Source: Deinococcales bacterium | Lineage (GTDB): Bacteria; Deinococcota; Deinococci; Deinococcales; JAAFIG01 | Length of the DNA stretch: 49,905 nucleotides | Reading direction: 5' to 3' | NCBI GenBank assembly: GCA_031414595.1 | Contig: JANNVX010000029.1 | Location: 1-49,905, forward strand | The notes under the pieces: model-generated | The model's database searches: none | Seen by the model: only the letters and a program-made list of their open reading frames with translations | Told to the model about the DNA's origin: nothing | Shown: in pieces, positions 20,041 through 30,065 of the stretch | How positions within the stretch are numbered: position 1 is the first letter of the stretch | Layout: the number at the start of each line of letters is the position of its first letter | Translations under genes and position numbers: made by a program

Positions 20041-20073
20041 GGCACACATATAATCTTTACAATTGCCGTTAAG

Positions 20074-21723
20074 ATGAGTTTCTACCTATTGGAGGGTACT
20101 GCCTTGAAACACTTACTCGTTCGTTTTGTGACTGCTTTGGCATTTGTTGGGGTTGCCGAGGCACAAAGTCTACCCAAAGAAACCCGAACTCGGATTATGC
20201 AGTCAGTTGTAGAAGTGCTGGCGCTGGCGAACGACACTGGCGCACCTCGTTTTGGGCAGCAAGGCGGTAGCGGAACAATCATTAGCACCAGTGGTTATTT
20301 GCTGACCAATTACCATGTGATTTTTAATGATGAAACCAATAAAGAAATAAAACGCCATGCGATTCGTTTTACCGATAATCCTAGCAAAGAACCAGTCATA
20401 AAAGGCATTGCTACCATTGCTATGACCATACCAAAATTGGACTTAGCACTCTTAAAAATCACCGAAGATGAAAAAGGCAATCCAATTGCAACTGATCGCA
20501 AATTTGTGGCTTCGCCCGTGGGAAACCCTTTTGATATGGTGCTGGGAGAACATTTGACCATTGCTGGCTACCCCGGTATTGGTGGACGCACCATCACTTT
20601 TACAACTGGTGTCTTTAGCGGTTGGACATCTGAGAATTACCGCAACAGTGGCACAAATTGGATTAAAACCGATGGTAAAATCTCGAGCGGAAATTCTGGC
20701 GGCGGGGCATTTGACGAACAAGGCAATCTGGTTGGTGTGCCAACAGGTGGGATTACCCGCCGAATCAGCCAAACCTTGACCGAATTTCAAAATTATTTAC
20801 GCCCGATTCATTTGGCTTTTTCTTTATTTGACGCTAAAGTCCCCGATACAGTCTGGGCGGGAGGTCGTCGCCCGACACTACCGTCAGATATTGATGCGAC
20901 TGGTTTGGTTGTGCCTGTTGTGGCAGGAGGATTACTACCAGCCAAAACTGGACAGACTTGGCAAATGACCATCGAAGGGCTGCCTACTTGGACAATCAAT
21001 TTAACCCGGTTAGATCAAGACGGCGACCCGACAGGCGCAGCCAGCCAAGTCGGAACGAGTCAACCGTTTATTGCTTATGCTTACGAAGACGACGGACTGT
21101 TTTATTTTCATGTTGAATCGCAACGCAACGAAGCCTTTGCTTGTACTTTTGAAGACCCAATTACTGCCAGTAACAATACCTTATCCGAAGGCGCAGCCCT
21201 GAACAGCCCACCCAACGCCGACGACTGGAAAAGCCTGAATAAAACGTGCAGTGTAGCCTTACAAGGCTCATCAGCAGTTGCTCCACCATCTGACCCACCA
21301 AAAGCTGGTGGCGGACTGGTTGCTAGTTTCCCACCCAAGCCAAATCAAACATGGACGGTTACAGTGCAAGGACTCGAGCCGTGGACAGTCGAATTTAAGA
21401 ACTTAGACAGCGACGGCGACCCAGAAGGAACAAGCCGCCAAGGTTCATTTAGTGGTGTTGCCTATGCCTTTACCGATGATGAAAGCTCTAAAACCTTTCA
21501 GTTCGCTGGGGCAAACGGCATGTATTGGTGCGTGTTTCCAAGAAACCCAAATTTTGACGGTGCAAGTATCGTTGGTGGCAGAACATTTTTTCGAGCCGCC
21601 AATCAACAAGCTGCTGGGAATTTGAATAAAGGCTGTACTGCTACACTGGTCAGTTTAGGTAGTTCGGCAGTGTTTATCCCTAGGCTCGAGCCAATGGAGA
21701 TGTTGAAGTTGATTCGGATTTAG
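20074..21723 (+). CDS. Secreted trypsin-like serine protease with two C-terminal repeat domains
   Basis: LTNYHV / DLALL / SGNSGG triad; two ~120-aa repeats (QTW...W...LD.DGDP.G...C...C); true start may be TTG 20104 (RBS GGAGG). Confidence 0.85.
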   Translation: MSFYLLEGTALKHLLVRFVTALAFVGVAEAQSLPKETRTRIMQSVVEVLALANDTGAPRFGQQGGSGTIISTSGYLLTNYHVIFNDETNKEIKRHAIRFTDNPSKEPVIKGIATIAMTIPKLDLALLKITEDEKGNPIATDRKFVASPVGNPFDMVLGEHLTIAGYPGIGGRTITFTTGVFSGWTSENYRNSGTNWIKTDGKISSGNSGGGAFDEQGNLVGVPTGGITRRISQTLTEFQNYLRPIHLAFSLFDAKVPDTVWAGGRRPTLPSDIDATGLVVPVVAGGLLPAKTGQTWQMTIEGLPTWTINLTRLDQDGDPTGAASQVGTSQPFIAYAYEDDGLFYFHVESQRNEAFACTFEDPITASNNTLSEGAALNSPPNADDWKSLNKTCSVALQGSSAVAPPSDPPKAGGGLVASFPPKPNQTWTVTVQGLEPWTVEFKNLDSDGDPEGTSRQGSFSGVAYAFTDDESSKTFQFAGANGMYWCVFPRNPNFDGASIVGGRTFFRAANQQAAGNLNKGCTATLVSLGSSAVFIPRLEPMEMLKLIRI

Positions 21724-21860
21724 GTATTGGGCTATGCGCTTTGAGCCAAACAACCGATTAGTACATTTGGCATAAGACAAAACCATGACAATCATATATG
21801 CTTTTTTTGTCCTCGAGAATCGGCTCGAGTGACCTCGAGTCAAATCGAGTAGTAAGCACT

Positions 21861-22230
21861 GGGCGCGTACTTGGTTTCGACAGGGATCGCTGAAGGTGTG
21901 GTTGCGAGCCGCAGATGGTGGTTGGCTGCGAAAAAATCCACCAAGCCTTTAACTGGCACAAATGTTTTGAAAATGAACGCTAATAACGTTCTTTCCCTCG
22001 CTGCTTAAGTCAGCAAAGCCGCTTAGAGACCCGGCAGTTGGTGTCTAACCCGCTTAAAATAGACTGCTAGTTTTGGGAATGCCTGATACCCAAATACGAA
22101 ATAAATCAGGATGCTGCAACAACAACCTGCCTTTGGGTTCGTTTCGCATAAGAACAGTACGAAGGCTACGCTCGTAGATGCCCATTGGAAGGGTTTTTGG
22201 ACGAGGGTTCGACCCCCTCCGCGTCCACCA
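21861..22230 (+). ncRNA. ssrA: tmRNA
   Basis: 5' GGGCGCG..GGTTTCGAC; 3' GGGTTCGACCCCCTCCGCGTCCACCA with G3:U pair; tag ORF 21955-22008 GTNVLKMNANNVLSLAA* after TAACT. Confidence 0.95.
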
Positions 22231-22234
22231 AAAG

Positions 22235-22262
22235 AAAGAGGCTGCTTATCGCAGCCTTTTTA
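22235..22262. terminator. Terminator after ssrA
   Basis: AGGCTGC-TTATC-GCAGCCT followed by T-run. Confidence 0.75.
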
Positions 22263-22263
22263 T

Positions 22264-23553
22264 TTATTTGATATTGCTGATGTCAATTTCGGCGGTTCTC
22301 GAGTTATGCCAAGCAAACCTGAGCTTTTTGGGTAAAATCCCTTTTTCGACTTCAATCAATGCCCGCAATTGCAATTCTTGGTTGGCTTGTAGCTCTAAGC
22401 TAAACGCAGAATCCCTAGAAGCAAAGTACGCCCAATCAGAAATTCGGCTCGAGATGCCATCTTGGTCAAGAAAAGATAATCCACCCAGTCCGTAAATTTC
22501 GATTGGGGCTTTGGTGATGTTCTTGACGGTAAAGTACAGCACCATCCAGCGTCCACCTTCGGGAGCGGTACTGCCATCAAACCAAGGGGCAGTGCTGTAC
22601 TCGAGGCGGTCAAGTTTGAAATTGGTGCGTCCGGGGTAGTAGACCCCATATTGGGCTGGGAAAAACGATAAAGCACTTGAGCCGTCCGCCACGCTTGGGT
22701 CGGCAAATGGGGCTGGAATCGGAATGATTTTACCACGCAAGTCAAAACGCCAGACTGTATTGTTGCAGTCATCTACGATTAACTTGGGTAAACTGACATC
22801 GCTGTCTAAGACAATTCGGGTGTAGAGACTCATTTTTTGGGCAGGACGCAAAAAGACATCAATTTCTCGCATTGTACCTTGTTCGTACCAGTTACTATCC
22901 CCTTCGACATTCTGGTTTTTTGAATCCACACCAGAGAAACGAATTTTACTACCACTGACAGCTTGTTCGGCATTGGTCGGATTTTGTACGGTGGCATAAA
23001 TTATCAGGGCTTTTTTATCTGCACCAAGCAAATCGGCTTTTGCGCCACCACTGTACAAAAAGCTATCTACGCTATACTCGAGTTTGGTAATCGAGTAATT
23101 TATCGCATTGCTTTGTCCTTTGCAAAGCGTATAGGTCTGCCCAAGCGCACCTTCGCCACCGTTTTGTTGGGTTGTTCCTTGAACACTTGGGGTATTGGTT
23201 GGGGCTGGGCTTGGATTAACAATGGTGATGGTGCTGCCCGCAACACTGGCAGTCAAACCTAAACCTTTAGCGACATCTACGGCAGGTGCATAGGCAACAT
23301 CTTTTTGAATACTGACGCTCACCTTAGCGGTTTTGCCATTGCGGACAAACGAAGCAGTTTTGGCTTTGGTGTCTAGGCTGACACTCGAGCCAAGCGCCGC
23401 CGCATAGGGCTTACTCGAGAGCGAGAGTTTACCTGCAACCACCAGCCCTGCAATACTCGAGGTTTTAGCTGCAAAGACCACTTTATACTGGGTTTGGGCT
23501 AGGGCGACGGCAGCAATTCCAGCCAACAAGACGCATAAAAATCGTTTTCTCAT
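22264..23553 (-). CDS. Secreted protein with two Ig-like (DUF4352-like) repeats
   Basis: Signal peptide, RBS AGGAG, two 'LEYS...(V/A)TV.N.T....D' beta-sandwich-like repeats. Confidence 0.7.
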   Translation of the reverse strand: MRKRFLCVLLAGIAAVALAQTQYKVVFAAKTSSIAGLVVAGKLSLSSKPYAAALGSSVSLDTKAKTASFVRNGKTAKVSVSIQKDVAYAPAVDVAKGLGLTASVAGSTITIVNPSPAPTNTPSVQGTTQQNGGEGALGQTYTLCKGQSNAINYSITKLEYSVDSFLYSGGAKADLLGADKKALIIYATVQNPTNAEQAVSGSKIRFSGVDSKNQNVEGDSNWYEQGTMREIDVFLRPAQKMSLYTRIVLDSDVSLPKLIVDDCNNTVWRFDLRGKIIPIPAPFADPSVADGSSALSFFPAQYGVYYPGRTNFKLDRLEYSTAPWFDGSTAPEGGRWMVLYFTVKNITKAPIEIYGLGGLSFLDQDGISSRISDWAYFASRDSAFSLELQANQELQLRALIEVEKGILPKKLRFAWHNSRTAEIDISNIK

Positions 23554-23623
23554 CAGACTCCTTTGATTTCTTCTTGGCTAGGATACCGTGTTTTTAAGAA
23601 TTTGACTCGAGAAACCAGTTTTT

Positions 23624-25393
23624 CTAGTTACTGATGGTTCTGGGGCTGTCCGAATCTCTGAACTGCAATTGGTATAAATCTTTGTATAAACCGCCTAGCA
23701 CCAATAATTCCTCGTGTGTTCCAAGGCTTGAAATTCTGCCATGCTCGAGAACTGCAATACGGGCTGCATTGCGTACCGTGCTTAGGCGGTGGGCTATCAC
23801 AAAGGTTGTGCGGGACTGCATTAAACGCTCTAAGGCTTCTTGCACCAGATACTCGGATTCGTTGTCTAGCGCACTGGTGGCTTCGTCCAGAATTAGAATT
23901 TTTGGATTTTTAAGGATGGCTCGTGCTATCGCAATACGTTGCCGTTGCCCACCTGATAACTTCATACCGCGCTCACCAACCACAGTTTCAAAGCCTTGCT
24001 CGAGACGGTTGATAAATTCAGTCGCATTGGCAGCCTCTGCTGCTTCTAGCACTTCTTGGTGTGAGGCATTGGCTCGTCCATACTGAATGTTCTCGAGAAT
24101 ACTGCCACTAAAAAGCTGAGTCTCTTGCGGTACAACCCCAATTAAACCGCGTAGTTGTTCTAAGGAAAGTGAACGAATATCCACACCATCAATTTTAATT
24201 GCTCCAGCCGTGACATCGTAGAAACGGGCAATCAAGGACACCAAGGTACTTTTACCTCCACCACTTGCGCCAACCAATGCCAGCACTTGCCCAGATGGGA
24301 CTTCTAAATTGATGTCCTCGAGAATTAGCCCTTCGCGGCTGGCGTACTTAAAACTAACTTTTTCAAAACTGACTTGCCCTTGAACCTTTTGTAACCGCAC
24401 AGGATTCTTGACTTCGGATAGTTCTGAAGGTGTATCAAGGATTTCAAAAATCCGACTGGATGCACCAAGGGCTTCTTGAAATTGGGTAAAAATCCCGCTT
24501 AGGCTCGCCATTGCGGTGGATACGCCAAGGGCATAGAACATAAAGCTAATCAGTGCGCCGGGGGTTAAATTTCCCTCGAGTGCCAATCTGCCACCGTACC
24601 ATAAAAGCCCGCCTAGACTCGAGAACCCGACAAAAAGCATAGTCGAGCCAAACATTGAATTGAGCAGATTACGTTTCATGGCGGTTTGGAAAGTGGCAAA
24701 AACACCACTGCTGTATTTTTCTTGCTCTAAGGCTTCATTGGTAAACGACTGCACCACACGAATGTTGCTTAAGGCTTCTTCGGCACTGGCATTAGCAGCT
24801 GCAACCTTATCTTGGACTTCTTTACTTAAGGCTCGCACTTTTCGTCCAAAATAAATCGCTCCAAAGACAATAAACGGGGTAATCAACAAGGTAATCAGTG
24901 CCAAACGCCAATTGGTCACAAACATCATCACCGCACTGCCAAGTAAAGAAATAATTTGACTAAAACCGTTGGCTAAAGCACTCGAGGCAACAGTTTGCAC
25001 GGTAGAAGCATCCGAAGTTAAACGCGAGGTCAGTTCACCGACCTTACGACTTTCAAAAAAACCACTGGATAAAGAAATAAGGTGCTTATAAACACTCGAA
25101 CGCACATCTCTGACCACCGAAGTGCCAACCAGCGCCAAGCCATACGATTGAGCGGCACTAAATAAACCTTGACCAAGTGCCACCAGCACCAGTAAAACCA
25201 CAACTTGATCGAGTTGGGTTGTGTCCTTATTTTGCAGATTCAAAAAACTGGCATCCACCAAGCGCCCCAAGACTTGCGGAAAAACCAAGCCTAAACCACT
25301 TGAAATTAGGGTCGCCAAACCCGCCAAGACCAAAACCAGACGGTACGGTTTTGAATACTGTAATAATCGTAAAAACTGTTGATTAGAAGCCAT
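23624..25393 (-). CDS. ABC transporter fused permease/ATPase (MsbA-like)
   Basis: TM domain, GASGGGKST, LSGGQRQR, ILDEATSALD, IAHRLST. Confidence 0.95.
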   Translation of the reverse strand: MASNQQFLRLLQYSKPYRLVLVLAGLATLISSGLGLVFPQVLGRLVDASFLNLQNKDTTQLDQVVVLLVLVALGQGLFSAAQSYGLALVGTSVVRDVRSSVYKHLISLSSGFFESRKVGELTSRLTSDASTVQTVASSALANGFSQIISLLGSAVMMFVTNWRLALITLLITPFIVFGAIYFGRKVRALSKEVQDKVAAANASAEEALSNIRVVQSFTNEALEQEKYSSGVFATFQTAMKRNLLNSMFGSTMLFVGFSSLGGLLWYGGRLALEGNLTPGALISFMFYALGVSTAMASLSGIFTQFQEALGASSRIFEILDTPSELSEVKNPVRLQKVQGQVSFEKVSFKYASREGLILEDINLEVPSGQVLALVGASGGGKSTLVSLIARFYDVTAGAIKIDGVDIRSLSLEQLRGLIGVVPQETQLFSGSILENIQYGRANASHQEVLEAAEAANATEFINRLEQGFETVVGERGMKLSGGQRQRIAIARAILKNPKILILDEATSALDNESEYLVQEALERLMQSRTTFVIAHRLSTVRNAARIAVLEHGRISSLGTHEELLVLGGLYKDLYQLQFRDSDSPRTISN

Positions 25394-25427
25394 AACTGTA
25401 TATTAACTCGAGAATCAAGAACCTGAA

Positions 25428-25485
25428 GTGAACCCAATGACCACATGTCACGCTGATGTGGGTTCACATGTCACACTGATGTGAC
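25428..25485. repeat. 19-bp direct repeat with nested inverted repeats in a divergent intergenic region
   Basis: CACATGTCAC(G/A)CTGATGTG at 25442-25460 and 25465-25483; GTGAACCCA/TGGGTTCAC inverted pair. Confidence 0.75.
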
Positions 25486-25579
25486 GCAAGGTGTGAGAAA
25501 ATCCACAGTAGGATAGAGACTGAAATACATCAGACTTTACAAAAAACCGTCAAGTGTTCAACAAGCAAAAAGGAGAAAT

Positions 25580-26443
25580 ATGCGTTTAGTTTGGTTGTTA
25601 GCCGTTTTACTGGTTGGAATCACCTTTGCCCAAAGTGCCTTTAAGCTGGTCATTAACGGTAAAACCGCCTCGAGTGGCTGGATTACCCTCAACGGCAAGG
25701 CTTATGTGCCTATCGAAGCGCTGCAAAAGGCTGGGGTTGTGGCAAAGAAAACGGGCAACACCTATATCCTGACCCTACCCAAAGTTAGCCCCGCCAAGCC
25801 AGTGACTGTTCCCACACCCGTCGTCCCCAAACCAGTCTCAAGCCCAATTCCCGTCGTCCCCAAACCCATTTCTTTGACTTCTACGCCAGTCACCCCAATC
25901 GTTCCAGTGGCTGTTGCACCTGTGACAGCACCAATCACACCAGTCATCGCGCCAAGCAATCCAGTAACGGGCGCAAATAATTCGGCAGGGACAGTCAAAA
26001 TCGTGGTCAATAATGCCAGCAAACCCTTACTCGAGGGTTGCAGTAACTTATCCTTAAATAATGGTGTCTGGCTGATGCGACTTTTGAATACCGCACCGCT
26101 TATCCAAAACGGCAAAGCTGGATACTTGGTGACACTCGAGTACAGCAATATCAGCAGCAATGCCTTATCGTTATTTGAGACTGGTTTTTCTGATGGCGAA
26201 GGTGGCGCGAGTAACTTTACTTTGCGTTTAACAAGCGGAGCAACCCTAGCTTCCGCCAACACCGACGCGCTTTTTTTGTATAACACTGTCCAACCCAACA
26301 GCAAAGCCACCGCCGATATTTTCTTTTTTACCTCTGAAAGTAGCTTGCCTTCGCCACAACAATTTATTGTTGGACAAGAGCGCCGAGTCAGTGGTTTTAG
26401 TGTAAGTGACGCGAGCTTGCGCTTTAGGCTCGATTGCCGATGA
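25580..26443 (+). CDS. Secreted protein with Pro/Val-rich linker
   Basis: RBS AAGGAG, signal peptide, 'LNGKAYVP..AL' small domain, PVxP linker. Confidence 0.75.
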   Translation: MRLVWLLAVLLVGITFAQSAFKLVINGKTASSGWITLNGKAYVPIEALQKAGVVAKKTGNTYILTLPKVSPAKPVTVPTPVVPKPVSSPIPVVPKPISLTSTPVTPIVPVAVAPVTAPITPVIAPSNPVTGANNSAGTVKIVVNNASKPLLEGCSNLSLNNGVWLMRLLNTAPLIQNGKAGYLVTLEYSNISSNALSLFETGFSDGEGGASNFTLRLTSGATLASANTDALFLYNTVQPNSKATADIFFFTSESSLPSPQQFIVGQERRVSGFSVSDASLRFRLDCR

Positions 26444-26895
26444 AAATTCACATTGTTACGGTGGGCGCTCCAAAACTCGAGTATGCCAAATTGGGTTGTG
26501 AAATGTACGCCACTCGCTTAGAGCGTTTTCATAAAATTCGTTTTACACGGGTACGCGACAGCAAAAAATCTGGTGAGGCTGCTATGCTTGAAGAAGGTAA
26601 CGCGATTCTCGAGGCAGTTGGAAAAGCCTATTTATTTGCCCTAGACCCAAATGGACGGCAATTCGAGACCCCAGCCCTTGCCCAAAAACTCGAGACACTA
26701 GGGGTAGAAGGGCAGGGTGAATTGGCATTTTGTATTGGTGGGGACGAAGGGCTTTTTAGCGCCGTAAAAACCCGAGCCAATGAACTCTGGAGTTTAAGTG
26801 CGCTGACCTTTCCGCATGACCTCGCCCAATTGGTCTTACTCGAGGCACTTTACCGAGCCAGTACGATCAGTGCAGGGGTGAAGTACCACAAATAA
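26440..26895 (+). CDS. rlmH: 23S rRNA pseudouridine-1915 N3-methyltransferase
   Basis: MKIHIVTVG, F.IGG.EG, WSLS.LTFPH.LA.LVLLE.LYRA..I..G..YHK. Confidence 0.95.
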   Translation: MKIHIVTVGAPKLEYAKLGCEMYATRLERFHKIRFTRVRDSKKSGEAAMLEEGNAILEAVGKAYLFALDPNGRQFETPALAQKLETLGVEGQGELAFCIGGDEGLFSAVKTRANELWSLSALTFPHDLAQLVLLEALYRASTISAGVKYHK

Positions 26896-26989
26896 GGCAG
26901 ACTTGCCCGAGCGTCGCTAACTCGAGACTGGTAAACATTTTGAGTTTTTTCGCCAGTGTGGTATAATTTTTTGCAAGGATGGCGAAAAT

Positions 26990-27346
26990 ATGGCACATAC
27001 ACAAATAGATGGTTCAAATGGATTTACAGCCTTTACAAAACTCCAAGACAAACTTGGTTATAGCCCTCGAGAACTTGGAATACAACTAGGAATTCCACCT
27101 CGAACCCTAGACAGACGCTTACAAACCGAAACACTAAACGAACTCGAGACCTATAAAGCCGAATTTGTTGCTTTAGCACTTAAAAAAGCTGAAGAAGTCT
27201 TCAGTGACCCAGAAATAGCCAAGCGCTGGATGAGTTCTGAACTACCAGCCTTTGAATACCGTACACCACTCGAGACAGCCGTGACACCTAAAGGCTATGA
27301 GCAAGTACGGGTTATTCTTGGACGAATTTCGGCTGGGACTTTTTGA
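26990..27346 (+). CDS. Antitoxin, Xre/MbcA/ParS family
   Basis: 'LGIP.RTL.RR' HTH and 'A.EVF.D...A..WM...PA....TPL....T..G...V..IL.RI..G.F'. Confidence 0.88.
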   Translation: MAHTQIDGSNGFTAFTKLQDKLGYSPRELGIQLGIPPRTLDRRLQTETLNELETYKAEFVALALKKAEEVFSDPEIAKRWMSSELPAFEYRTPLETAVTPKGYEQVRVILGRISAGTF

Positions 27347-27822
27347 TGCTTGTTTGGCGTTTACACAACCATACCGCCCCCTATGCAAAGCAAAATATCT
27401 ATGACCCACTTGATGGTACAGGGGCAGCTTTTAGTCCGGGGCGTTGGAATTTGCAGGGAGTACCACTTTTGTACACCAGTTCAACCGCTTCATTGGCGGT
27501 TCTCGAGGTACTGATGCACGTTGCCCCACGTGATTTTGGGATACGGGAATTGATTGAAATAGAAGTTCCAGACGAAACCATTGAAGATGCAACCGCAATG
27601 GTCATTTCTTCGGCATTTGGCAAGGGCGATGAGCCAACCCAAGTGTACGGCTCGAATTGGGCAAAAGAAAAACGTAGTCTATGTTTGTCTGTACCATCTG
27701 CACCAATGCCACTTGAACACAATATTTTACTCAATCCAATGCACCCGCAAATGCGAAAAGTAAGAGTGAGACGCAGAATTCCGTATATCCTAGACCCAAG
27801 AATCCGAGAACTCAAAAAATAA
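27346..27822 (+). CDS. RES-domain toxin (NAD+ phosphorylase family)
   Basis: WR, G.GA...GRWN, YTS...SLAVLE, VPS......N.LLNP.H; stop/start overlap with the antitoxin. Confidence 0.9.
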   Translation: MLVWRLHNHTAPYAKQNIYDPLDGTGAAFSPGRWNLQGVPLLYTSSTASLAVLEVLMHVAPRDFGIRELIEIEVPDETIEDATAMVISSAFGKGDEPTQVYGSNWAKEKRSLCLSVPSAPMPLEHNILLNPMHPQMRKVRVRRRIPYILDPRIRELKK

Positions 27823-27827
27823 TTGAA

Positions 27828-28745
27828 TCATATGTGCGACCTTATGTATAACTCCAAGCCCTCTGGACTCGAGATATTAAAAGTTTTGGCTTCAGGTAGA
27901 ATTTTCTTAATCATGCCAGTTAAAACCGTGCCAGAGCCAAATTCAATAAATTCTCGAGCGCCCAATTCCCAAAGCCTTTGCATACTTTCGACCCAACGTA
28001 CTGAACCCGTGACCTGCTTGGAGAGTAATTCTGGCACTACACTTGGGTCGGTGTTTTCTGTTGCCGTAACATTGGCAACCACAGGAAAGTAAAACTCATG
28101 AAATTCGGTGATGGCTAAATCCTTCTCGAGCCGAACTCGAGCGGGCTGCATTAAACTGCTGTGGAAAGGCGCAGAAACTTGAAGCGGGATAATCCTTGCG
28201 CCTTTTTGCTTGAGGGCTTCGCAAGCCGCAGCCACCCCAGCCACCGAACCAGAAATCACGGTTTGTTCGGGGGTGTTGAGATTGGCAATTTCTGCGCCCT
28301 CGAGTCCAGTTAAGGCTTCTTGGATCGTCTCGAGACTGACTTTTAGCACCGCCGCCATTGCCCCCTCGCCAACGGGTACGGCTGCCTGCATATAGCGCCC
28401 ACGAGCGCGTACTAAGCGCAAAGCATCATCAAATTCTAAAGCCCTTGCTGCCACCAGCGCACTGAATTCACCTAAACTATGCCCAGCCGCAAAATCTGGG
28501 GTCAAACCCGTGGCGGCTCGCCAAGCGCGGTAACAAGCGATACTCGAGGCGACAAGGGCGGGCTGGGCGTTCTCGGTCAGTTTAAGGGCTTCTTCAGGAC
28601 CTTCAAAGATTAAAGTCTCGAGTCCGGGCAGAACTTGGAAGGAGCGTTCTAAAAGCGCTCTGGCGCTGTCGTTGTGTTCAAAGAAATCTTTGGTCATGCC
28701 GACAGCTTGTGAGCCTTGTCCGGGGAATAAAGCAGCGATTTTCAT
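27828..28745 (-). CDS. fabD: Malonyl-CoA:ACP transacylase
   Basis: FPGQGSQ, GHSLGE, VSAPFHS, VRW. Confidence 0.97.
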   Translation of the reverse strand: MKIAALFPGQGSQAVGMTKDFFEHNDSARALLERSFQVLPGLETLIFEGPEEALKLTENAQPALVASSIACYRAWRAATGLTPDFAAGHSLGEFSALVAARALEFDDALRLVRARGRYMQAAVPVGEGAMAAVLKVSLETIQEALTGLEGAEIANLNTPEQTVISGSVAGVAAACEALKQKGARIIPLQVSAPFHSSLMQPARVRLEKDLAITEFHEFYFPVVANVTATENTDPSVVPELLSKQVTGSVRWVESMQRLWELGAREFIEFGSGTVLTGMIKKILPEAKTFNISSPEGLELYIRSHI

Positions 28746-28786
28746 GAAGTCAGTCTATCATCAAGCGCGTTTGAGACTGCCAACCA

Positions 28787-29992
28787 TCAAGCGCCCTTCT
28801 TACTGCGTTCATAGCGTTGAGACATGGCTTGTTTGCGGGTGACATTGGCATTGGTGACTACGTTTTCCTCGAGTGCATCGAGTAATGCCATTTCACTGGC
28901 AAGGGCTGCACTTTTTGGCATGGCTTGCAACATCACATTCTGGCGTTTGATTTCGGCAGCCGCTTCTCGGACATTTCCAGCATCAATCATTCCAGCCACC
29001 ACCAATTTGCTACGAGCCGTAATCAGTAAAGCAGCCGCTTCTTGCACCTCTAAATTCACACCCAGTTCTAGGTACTGGCTTTTGGAGATTGAAAAACTCA
29101 GTTTTTGGACATGTCGTGTGCCGTTGGTGTCGGTGTATGCCAAGCGCAAACCAAGAATTTCGGGGAATTGCACTATCTCGGCGTTGACCTCGAGTTTAAG
29201 CACCACCTCGAGTTGCTGACCAAAGCGCAAGTTATCGAGTTTATAGCGTCCAGTTTCGGTTTTTTCAAAGTCGTTTAAGACATCCAGCACTTTCAGACCG
29301 AGATTTGGCTCGAATCCTAAACTGACCATTCTGCCCAAAGTGGTCAGTAAGCCTTTGAGTTCGACCGCAAAAATTTCTGGGAGTTGTTTTGGGTTATGAA
29401 TAAAGTGGTAATTGCCGTCTCCGTTGTTGGCTATTCCCTCAAGTAAATCTTCGTTAAAGTCCTCACCCACACCCATGGTGCTGGTGCTGATGCCTTTTTT
29501 GGCTAAACCCGCGACTTGCTTAAAAATTTCTTCGGGTCGGGTTTCACCTTGGTTGGCTTGACCATCGGACAAGAGCAGGACACGGTTTAAGCGCCCAATT
29601 TCAAGGCTGCTGGCGGCTTGATTTGCCCCCTCGAGCCACCCACCATGCAGATTGGTACTGCCAGCCGTTTCTATTTGGTCGATCAACTGATTAAAGTTTG
29701 CATTTGGGCGCACATACTGACTGGCTACAATAGTCTGCACTGAATCATCAAAAATCGTGAGGCTGACTTTATCGTTCGGTGTCAATTGCGAAAGAGCATA
29801 TTTGGCGGCGGCTTTGGCATACTCGAGCCGCAAGCCTTCCATTGAGCCACTGCGGTCAATTACCAAGGCGAGGTTAAGCGGCGGACGTTGGGTCGAGTTT
29901 ACGGGGGGCTGTGGACTACGAATCCGAATCAGTAACTCGAGAATTCCTGCGTTGGGTTTACTGGACAAAATGCTGATTTGAGGTTGATTCAT
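28787..29992 (-). CDS. VWA domain protein (YfbK-like)
   Basis: MIDAS DRSGS, TNL..G, LLSDGQAN.G. Confidence 0.9.
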   Translation of the reverse strand: MNQPQISILSSKPNAGILELLIRIRSPQPPVNSTQRPPLNLALVIDRSGSMEGLRLEYAKAAAKYALSQLTPNDKVSLTIFDDSVQTIVASQYVRPNANFNQLIDQIETAGSTNLHGGWLEGANQAASSLEIGRLNRVLLLSDGQANQGETRPEEIFKQVAGLAKKGISTSTMGVGEDFNEDLLEGIANNGDGNYHFIHNPKQLPEIFAVELKGLLTTLGRMVSLGFEPNLGLKVLDVLNDFEKTETGRYKLDNLRFGQQLEVVLKLEVNAEIVQFPEILGLRLAYTDTNGTRHVQKLSFSISKSQYLELGVNLEVQEAAALLITARSKLVVAGMIDAGNVREAAAEIKRQNVMLQAMPKSAALASEMALLDALEENVVTNANVTRKQAMSQRYERSKKGA

Positions 29993-30065
29993 AAATCACA
30001 TCCTTTTTGAATACGAGAAGACGAAAAATTGCTTGGTGGCAATCTGTGACGACCTGTAAAAAAAT

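Noticed and set aside
25762-26451. 229-aa minus-strand ORF
   Set aside because: Antisense shadow of the Pro-rich plus-strand gene, which has an RBS and signal peptide.
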